In this document: piece after piece, positions 1-4,476 of the stretch
Layout of the letters: every line of letters starts with the position of its first letter
Position numbering within the stretch: position 1 is the stretch's first letter
From: a virus
Taxonomy: Duplodnaviria; Heunggongvirae; Uroviricota; Caudoviricetes
Length of the DNA stretch: 4,476 bases
Direction: 5' to 3' (one strand)
IMG/VR virus record: IMGVR_UViG_2627853967_000001
Notes under the pieces: generated by a model
Told to the model about the DNA's origin: nothing
The model's database searches: none
What the model saw: only the letters and a program-made list of their open reading frames with translations
Made by a program: the position numbers and the translations under genes

Positions 1-471
1 GCTGACGTATGTTGCCACACAGGAGGGATGGTTGTACCTCGCTGGCATCAAGATGTTTATACGTGTGAAATTGTCGGCTACGCCATGGGAGAGCGCATGA
101 CAAAAGAGCTGACAGGTAAAGCCCTGTTTATGGCGCTCAGGAGCCAGCGCCCACCTGCCGGGCTAATCCACCACTCTGATCGAGGTTCACAGTACTGCGC
201 ATACGATTACCGGGTCATACAGGAGCAGTCTGGTCTGAAAACATCAATGTCGCGTAAAGGTAACTGTTACGACAACGCTCCGATGGAAAGCTTCTGGGGA
301 ACGCTGAAAAATGAGAGCCTGAGCCACTATCGTTTTAATAACCGGGATGAAGCCATCTCAGTAATACGGGAATACATTGAGATTTTCTACAATCGTCAGC
401 GTCGTCACTCTCGTCTGGGGAATATCTCCCCGGCAGCCTTCAGGGAAAAATATCATCAGATGGCTGCTTAA
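1..471 (+). pseudogene. IS3-family transposase OrfB (DDE/rve integrase core), C-terminal part; 5' end outside window; frame break near nt 50-55
   Basis: Frame 1 (28..471) encodes HHSDRGSQY...SMSRKGNCYDNAPMESFWGTLKNE...YNRQRRHSRLGNISPAAF, the second Asp and Glu regions of an IS3-family DDE core. Frame 2 (nt 2..52) encodes LTYVATQEGWLYLAGIK, the conserved first-Asp region (IS3 itself has [23 protein letters not shown]). The two halves of one catalytic core therefore sit in different frames, consistent with a 1-nt loss around nt 52 (aag|atg where aag gat is expected). Stop TAA at 469..471. Confidence 0.7.
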
Positions 472-509
472 AAAAAGAACAAATGGTAGTGTCCGCTATT
501 GCCAGTACA
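1..509 (+). mobile_element. IS3-family insertion sequence, right-hand portion (left end outside window)
   Basis: Transposase fragment followed by about 38 bp ending ...GCCAGTACA at 501..509, resembling the TGTACTG-type terminal inverted repeat of IS150-group elements. The exact right boundary (509 to about 516) is uncertain. Confidence 0.55.
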
Positions 510-518
510 CCTCACAGG

Positions 519-1943
519 CTACCTCAAGGCAGCCAGTAATTTGTCTGCATCGACAGGATTTTTGGGCGGAATGTTTTTCCGGGCTTCATGGAGTTCTGCC
601 CGTAGTTCCTGATATTTCTCATCAACAGAATTTACCTGTGACTGAGCATCCAGCGGCTGCGTGTTCTGATGATGTTCAGTTGCATCCGGTTCCATTGTTT
701 CAGCCGTTGCCTGTTCATCTGCCATTGCGCCAGATGGCTGCGTTTTTTCTTCATCATCCTGTTTTCCTTCTTCTGTTACACGTTGCGGCATCGGGGCAGA
801 GGAGCGACCGCAGGCAATATCCACGATTTCCGGATCAGGGTTGGCATGATCGGTTTCAGTCAGTACCTTGTTCAGATATTCAGTGACGTGAGCGGGGATG
901 ACCTCGATACCAATCGGTGCTTCTTTCACTGACGCAACCACGATGGCGCGGGAATAATCCATCCCGCCAGGCATGGTGATGAATTTGTCGCGGAAAACAG
1001 AAAAGGGCGGTTTATTTTCAGCGATAATTTCCTCGACACGTTTAGCGTGTGCCGGATGAAGGTTATAAATGTCCACGTCCATTGAACGAGCCAGTACGCC
1101 AGTGGCTACGTCGCGCGCCAGTGACGTCAGATCGTGAACGAAACCTTCGCCGCGATCGGTGAGGTTCCCGCCGCCAGCATTAGCGCCGGAAGCCGTGCGC
1201 GTGATGCGTGAAACACGATTTCCTTTCATCCACTCTTTTGTCAGCAGACCGCGATCGGTGTAGTCTGCGTCCATGTATGCTTCGAAAAAAGCAGTCATCA
1301 GCCCCAGGCTTGAATTGCCTGGATTAGGGAAAACTCTGTCAGTATCACGCACCAGTTTGTGGAGATCGCGAATTTCCAGCGGATCGAGCAGGCTGGTTTT
1401 GTGGGAAACAGCCAGGGCAGTAACAGCTGGTAGTTCTTCATCCCGAGCAATGTGTAATGCCTGGAGTTCGTCGCGTGAAACGTGCGTTACTGGTTTTTCG
1501 CTGCCGTGTTGCGCAAGCCAGCGAATGGGCAGTTCCTGACCGGAAACTGGCAGGAGCATGTTCTCCTCAATTTCTGTCATGTCTTCGCCGTTGACGTTGG
1601 TATTGTCAGTGCTGGCCGGTTTGTCCTGAACAGAGGGAGAAGATGCGATAAATACCATTGTGATGCCATCTTCCCCGCCTTTTTCGTAACGGTTGCAGAA
1701 TTCCGTATCAAATACGCCTTCTGGCGGGAGGTCATCAACAACGGGCAAATTGACGCGAACAGGTTTTTTAAAGTCATCTTCATCGTAGCCTGCATCGTCA
1801 ATCGCAACAGCACCACGGGAGATGGCAATGGATAATTTTTTCGCTTCAGCCCAGTAAAAACCGCCTTTAATACCGAGACGTTTTCTTACTTTGTCATTTT
1901 TTGCTTCGTAATACAGTGGGTAAACTTGTTTATCGGTGTTCAT
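519..1943 (-). CDS. recE: RecE-like exodeoxyribonuclease VIII, N-terminal region only (474 aa); probably truncated or inactive
   Basis: Long minus-strand ORF with ATG at 1943..1941 and a GAGG motif about 10 nt upstream. The translation contains stretches I recognise from Rac prophage RecE ([80 protein letters not shown]). It lies immediately downstream of racC/ydaE/kilR homologues. It ends at TAG 519..521, whereas K-12 RecE is 866 aa with a C-terminal nuclease domain. Confidence 0.65.
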   Translation of the reverse strand: MNTDKQVYPLYYEAKNDKVRKRLGIKGGFYWAEAKKLSIAISRGAVAIDDAGYDEDDFKKPVRVNLPVVDDLPPEGVFDTEFCNRYEKGGEDGITMVFIASSPSVQDKPASTDNTNVNGEDMTEIEENMLLPVSGQELPIRWLAQHGSEKPVTHVSRDELQALHIARDEELPAVTALAVSHKTSLLDPLEIRDLHKLVRDTDRVFPNPGNSSLGLMTAFFEAYMDADYTDRGLLTKEWMKGNRVSRITRTASGANAGGGNLTDRGEGFVHDLTSLARDVATGVLARSMDVDIYNLHPAHAKRVEEIIAENKPPFSVFRDKFITMPGGMDYSRAIVVASVKEAPIGIEVIPAHVTEYLNKVLTETDHANPDPEIVDIACGRSSAPMPQRVTEEGKQDDEEKTQPSGAMADEQATAETMEPDATEHHQNTQPLDAQSQVNSVDEKYQELRAELHEARKNIPPKNPVDADKLLAALR

Positions 1944-2013
1944 TGTTTTTTAACCTCAACTCAGATTAAAATTACTGCGAGTGATGAATAAATGTCCCAG
2001 GTTCTTCATTCAG

Positions 2014-2043
2014 GCCTGCACAGTGTGCAGGCTTTCTTTTTTT
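2014..2043 (+). terminator. Intrinsic-terminator-like hairpin plus T-tract, oriented for the + strand (antisense to the operon)
   Basis: GCCTGCACA-G-TGTGCAGGC (2014..2032, perfect 9-nt arms, GC-rich) is followed directly by TTTCTTTTTTT (2033..2043). On the minus strand the same hairpin is followed by CUGAAUGAAG, so it is not a terminator for the operon sense. Confidence 0.4.
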
Positions 2044-2318
2044 CAGATTTCACCTTTTAATTTCATTGCAATCAGAGTTGCCAGAAATTCGGCTTTTTTT
2101 TCTGCGGGCAGATTCTTTCCTATGTGCACCAGACACATTTTTTTTACACCATCGTTAAGTGTTTTAACGTTGCCTGATGGACCGTCGATATCAACCACAG
2201 TGAATGGGGTTTCTTTATTTTCTGTCTTAATCACGTAGCCAATACGCTTTCCTTCCAGATTAACCTCGTGAACAATGTCATCAGTAGTTACAACAGTGGC
2301 TTCATAACTGGTAATCAT
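2043..2318 (-). CDS. racC: RacC-like Rac prophage protein (91 aa)
   Basis: ORF-track entry 2043..2366, trimmed to the internal ATG at 2318..2316, which has a strong Shine-Dalgarno (AAGGAG then AAAAAC then ATG). The product MITSYEATVVTTDDIVHEVNLEGKRIGYVIK... is 91 aa, the length of K-12 RacC. Stop TGA at 2043..2045. Confidence 0.7.
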   Translation of the reverse strand: MITSYEATVVTTDDIVHEVNLEGKRIGYVIKTENKETPFTVVDIDGPSGNVKTLNDGVKKMCLVHIGKNLPAEKKAEFLATLIAMKLKGEI

Positions 2319-2392
2319 GTTTTTCTCCTTAATTAAGGTTGAGCGAATCCCTGCCATTGCTGGCATAAATTCAGTTTCGGATAGTCAGTTAA

Positions 2393-2563
2393 TTAAAGTT
2401 CGTGTGCCATCTGGTCTTTTTCGGCACAGATTTCACTACAATATTTTTTCATTTCCGTCGTTGGTATAACTCCACGCATGAAATGAAGTGGTCTTGTAAT
2501 GATTTTGCTTTCTTCAATTTCTTTATTGCAAAGGTGATAAGCACATTTTATTTTCTTAGTCAT
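2393..2563 (-). CDS. ydaE: YdaE-like small zinc-ribbon protein (56 aa)
   Basis: Hand translation of the minus strand gives [56 protein letters not shown], with stop TAA at 2393..2395. It has two Cys pairs (C-x4-C and C-x3-C). Its ATG at 2563..2561 overlaps the kilR stop (TAATG) and is preceded by AAGGCGGAG. It is too short to appear in the ORF track. Confidence 0.6.
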   Translation of the reverse strand: MTKKIKCAYHLCNKEIEESKIITRPLHFMRGVIPTTEMKKYCSEICAEKDQMAHEL

Positions 2564-2784
2564 TACCATGACTCCGCCTTTACAGGTAAACCATCACGAC
2601 CGAGGAAGACTTTAATCATGCAGTCAGAAATGCATGTTTTTGTAGTCAGGCTACGAATATAAAGTTTTCGCTTTTTAATATTGTTTGCCGAGGCGATATA
2701 TGTCCGACCTTCATGAAGAATATAATCGCCAGGAGTCACACACTGACGTGGTATTTCATCAGTTCCGAAGTGATGAGCAATCAT
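2563..2784 (-). CDS. kilR: KilR-like Rac prophage cell-division inhibitor (73 aa)
   Basis: The 73-aa [76 protein letters not shown] matches the length and sequence I recall for K-12 KilR. A strong Shine-Dalgarno (AAGGAGG) lies 5 nt upstream of the ATG at 2784. Gene order kilR, ydaE, racC, recE matches Rac. Confidence 0.8.
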   Translation of the reverse strand: MIAHHFGTDEIPRQCVTPGDYILHEGRTYIASANNIKKRKLYIRSLTTKTCISDCMIKVFLGRDGLPVKAESW

Positions 2785-2844
2785 GGAAGCCTCCTTAATA
2801 AACAGTCTTACAAAGGAAATCTCAGGAAAGTTATTTAATACTTA

Positions 2845-2849
2845 GCAGC
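2845..2849. repeat. IS2 target-site duplication, GCAGC (copy at IRR side)
   Basis: The 5 bp immediately outside the IS2 terminus at 2850 are gcagc, identical to the 5 bp at 4181..4185 outside the other terminus. IS2 makes 5-bp duplications. Confidence 0.8.
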
Positions 2850-2890
2850 TGGATTTGCCCCTATATTTCCAGACATCTGTTATCACTTAA
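2850..2890 (-). repeat. IS2 right inverted repeat (IRR), terminus ...CA
   Basis: The 41 bp at the element end share GCCCC, TCCAGACA and TATCACTTA blocks with the left repeat. Confidence 0.7.
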
Positions 2891-3766
2891 CCCATTACAA
2901 GCCCGCTGCCGCAGATATTCCCGTGGCGAGCGATAACCCAGCGCACTATGCGGATGCCATTCGTTATAATGCTCGAACGCCTCTGCAAGGTTCTTTGCTG
3001 CCGTTAACCCGTCTGGTTTGGGCATGATACTGATGTAGTCACGCTTTATCGTTTTCACGAAGCTCTCTGCTATTCCGTTACTCTCCGGACTCCGCACCGC
3101 CGTGTTCTTCGGTTCAAGTCCCAACATCCGGGCGAACTGGCGTGTTTCATTAGCCCGGTAGCATGAACCATTATCCGTCAGCCACTCCACTGGAGACGAC
3201 GGAAGATCGTTGCCGAAGCGGCGTTCCACCGCTCCCAGCATGACGTCCTGTACTGTTTCACTGTTGAAGCCGCCGGTAGTCACCGCCCAGTGCAGTGCCT
3301 CACGATCACAGCAGTCCAGCGCGAACGTGACACGCAGTCTCTCTCCGTTATCACAGCAGAACTCGAACCCGTCAGAGCACCATCGCTGATTGCTTTCTTT
3401 CACGGCCACTCTGCCTGTATGTGCCCGTTTCGATGGCGGTACAGCAGGTTTTCGCTCAAGCAACAGCGCATTCTGGCGCATGAGCCGGTAAACACGTTTG
3501 GCATTGATCGCAGGCATACCATCAAGTTCTGCCTGTCTGCGAAGCAGCGCCCATACCCGACGATAACCATACGTGGGCAGCTCTCCGATAACATGGTGTA
3601 TACGGAGAAGCACATCCGTATCATCAGTGTGACGACTGCGGCGGCCATCCATCCAGTCATCGGTTCGTCTGAGAATGACGTGCAACTGCGCACGCGACAC
3701 CCGGAGACAACGGCTGACTAAGCTTACTCCCCATCCCCGGGCAATAAGGGCGCGTGCGCTATCCAC
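2861..3766 (-). CDS. insD: IS2 transposase OrfB (InsD), 301-aa frame; normally expressed as an InsCD fusion by -1 frameshifting
   Basis: The translation [23 protein letters not shown]...[29 protein letters not shown] matches IS2 InsD along its full length. It overlaps the insC 3' end in the -1 frame. Confidence 0.9.
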
Positions 3767-4134
3767 TTTTTTGCCCGTCCATATTCAACGGCTTCTTTGA
3801 GGAGTTCATTTTCCATCGTTTTCTTGCCGAGCAGGCGCTGGAGTTCTTTAATCTGCTTCATGGCGGCAGCAAGTTCAGAGGCAGGAACAACCTGTTCTCC
3901 GGCGGCCACAGCAGTAAGACTTCCTTCCTGGTATTGCTTACGCCAGAGAAATAACTGGCTGGCTGCTACACCATGTTGCCGGGCAACGAGGGAGACCGTC
4001 ATCCCCGGTTCAAAGCTCTGCTGAACAATTGCGATCTTTTCCTGTGTGGTACGCCGTCTGCGTTTCTCCGGCCCTAAGACATCAATAATCTGTTCTCCAA
4101 TGACAAGTCTAAAAACTGGTATTAAGACTATCAC
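3724..4134 (-). CDS. insC: IS2 OrfA (InsC) regulatory/DNA-binding protein; conserved 121-aa region is 3724..4089; the canonical start codon position reads ATT
   Basis: The translation ...[53 protein letters not shown]...LLPGDGE matches IS2 InsC. The codon where InsC normally begins (4089..4087) is ATT, not ATG, though it is still preceded by GGAGAACAG. The only in-frame NTG upstream is GTG at 4134, inside the left inverted repeat and with no Shine-Dalgarno. Confidence 0.8.
3766..3772 (-). other. Programmed -1 ribosomal frameshift heptamer A-AAA-AAG (insC to insD)
   Basis: Minus-strand sequence GCA AAA AAG TGG in the insC frame; a shift to -1 reads AAA AAA GTG GAT AGC, the start of the InsD frame. 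It sits exactly at the insC/insD overlap. Confidence 0.6.
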
Positions 4135-4138
4135 TTAA

Positions 4139-4180
4139 ATAAGTGATACTGGTTGTCTGGAGATTCAGGGGGCCAGTCTA
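4139..4180 (-). repeat. IS2 left inverted repeat (IRL), terminus TA; contains the palindrome TATCACTTA-TT-TAAGTGATA
   Basis: Revcomp of 4139..4180 is TAGACTGGCCCCCTGAATCTCCAGACAACCAGTATCACTTAT. Confidence 0.7.
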
Positions 4181-4185
4181 GCAGC
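4181..4185. repeat. IS2 target-site duplication, GCAGC (copy at IRL side)
   Basis: Identical to 2845..2849. Confidence 0.8.
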
Positions 4186-4364
4186 TGCTCTACGGTCATA
4201 TTTTTAATTGCGCTCCGGTTTACAAGAGCCCACCCCTGTTTTTCCAGATAAAACTGGAAAGTATCCAGGGTACAGACCAGTGCACCGTCAGGAACAGTTT
4301 CGGTGAATCTGATATTGCCGTGTTCGTCGAAGTGCACAACCAGAGTGCGACCGTTACCCGGAAT
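4181..4364 (-). pseudogene. Internal fragment (61 codons) of an unidentified prophage gene, cut by IS2 on both sides; its last 4 codons and stop lie at 2831..2849
   Basis: Open minus-strand frame across the whole 184-bp segment: IPGNGRTLVVHFDEHGNIRFTETVPDGALVCTLDTFQFYLEKQGWALVNRSAIKNMTVEQL. Removing IS2 and one copy of the duplication joins it in frame to ...LSIK-TAA (stop at 2831..2833), 47 bp upstream of kilR. The ORF-track entry 4131..4337 is this fragment read through into the IS2 left repeat. Confidence 0.45.
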
Positions 4365-4476
4365 TAGACTGGCCCCCTGAATCTCCAGACAACCAGTATC
4401 ACTTATTTAAGTGATAGTCTTAATACCAGTTTTTAGACTTGTCATTGGAGAACAGATTATTGATGTCTTAGGGCCG
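4365..4476 (+). mobile_element. IS2, second copy, left end only (continues beyond window), + orientation
   Basis: 4365..4476 is identical to the reverse complement of 4069..4180 (IS2 left repeat and insC leader), starting TAGACTGGCCCCC. Confidence 0.9.
4411..4476 (+). CDS. insC: IS2 OrfA (InsC) of the second copy, 5' part only; canonical start position 4456..4458 reads ATT
   Basis: GGAGAACAG ATT ATT GAT GTC TTA GGG CCG encodes (I)IDVLGP. The in-frame GTG at 4411 is the only upstream NTG. Confidence 0.45.
   Translation, partial: MIVLIPVFRLVIGEQIIDVLGP

Larger units (their letters stand above)
2850..4180 (-). mobile_element. IS2, complete copy (1331 bp), minus orientation
   Basis: Right terminus TGGATTTGCCCCTATATTTCCAGACATCTGTTATCACTTAA at 2850..2890; left terminus (revcomp of ..4180) TAGACTGGCCCCCTGAATCTCCAGACAACC.... 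Both ORFs are present; the length of 1331 bp matches IS2; flanked by a 5-bp direct repeat. Confidence 0.95.

Noticed and set aside
377-1835. Plus-strand ORFs 377..886, 669..932, 1273..1539, 1482..1835 and minus-strand ORF 1577..1828
   Set aside because: All lie inside or antisense to the RecE-like coding region in other frames. They have no recognisable ribosome-binding sites and their products are low-complexity or Cys/Arg-rich, so they are shadow ORFs.
2329-2396. Duplicated octamer TTAATTAA (2329..2336 and 2389..2396) and small palindrome TGCCATTGCTGGCA in the ydaE-racC spacer
   Set aside because: Short AT-only palindromes are expected by chance in this AT-rich spacer; there is no further repeat structure or spacing suggesting an operator.
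1981-2662. Plus-strand ORFs 1981..2238 and 2402..2662
   Set aside because: They are antisense overlaps of racC and of ydaE/kilR, which have good ribosome-binding sites and known-family products. The + ORFs are AT-rich shadow frames.
2785-2900. Possible hybrid outward promoter from the IS2 right end driving kilR
   Set aside because: I looked for a -35 in the IS2 right end paired with a -10 in the flank. The best -35-like hexamer (TGGAAA) has no TAnnnT-type -10 at 16-19 bp spacing; the nearest (TAAGTA) is about 21 bp away. Not supported by sequence alone.
3290-4024. ORFs 3290..3721 (+), 3400..3693 (-), 3754..3954 (+), 3797..4024 (+)
   Set aside because: They are internal to IS2 and overlap insC/insD in alternative or antisense frames; they are not genes of IS2.
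4129-4148. Palindrome TATCACTTA-NN-TAAGTGATA
   Set aside because: It is an intrinsic part of the IS2 left end and is present identically in both copies, not a separate host element.
4131-4337. 68-aa minus-strand ORF from the ORF track
   Set aside because: It is a chimera: a gene fragment (4181..4337) read through into the IS2 left inverted repeat (4131..4180), not an independent gene. It is reported instead as a disrupted gene fragment.
1-4476. CRISPR arrays, tRNA/rRNA genes, integron or attC-like sites
   Set aside because: No regularly spaced direct repeats, no cloverleaf-type structures and no rRNA-like conserved segments were seen anywhere in the window.

Overview
This window looks like a decaying Rac-type (lambdoid) prophage early-left region from an Escherichia/Shigella-like genome, broken up by three insertion-sequence copies. 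All identifications rest on translating the sequence and comparing with protein families from memory; no database search was run. From left to right: (1) the right-hand part of an IS3-family element (1..~509, + strand) whose transposase catalytic core is split across two reading frames; (2) a leftward operon on the minus strand, kilR (2563..2784), a 56-aa ydaE-like zinc-ribbon ORF (2393..2563, absent from the ORF track), racC (2043..2318) and a 474-aa RecE-like N-terminal ORF (519..1943) that stops 10 bp from the IS3-family end; (3) a complete 1331-bp IS2 (2850..4180, minus orientation) with a perfect 5-bp target-site duplication GCAGC, 65 bp upstream of kilR; (4) a 184-bp remnant of an unidentified gene (4181..4364); (5) the left end of a second IS2 (4365..4476, + orientation), head-to-head with the first. 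I did not find a convincing undescribed system; the notable points are the IS-driven gene disruption, an apparent ATG-to-ATT change at the insC start in both IS2 copies, and a plus-strand terminator-like hairpin antisense to the operon.
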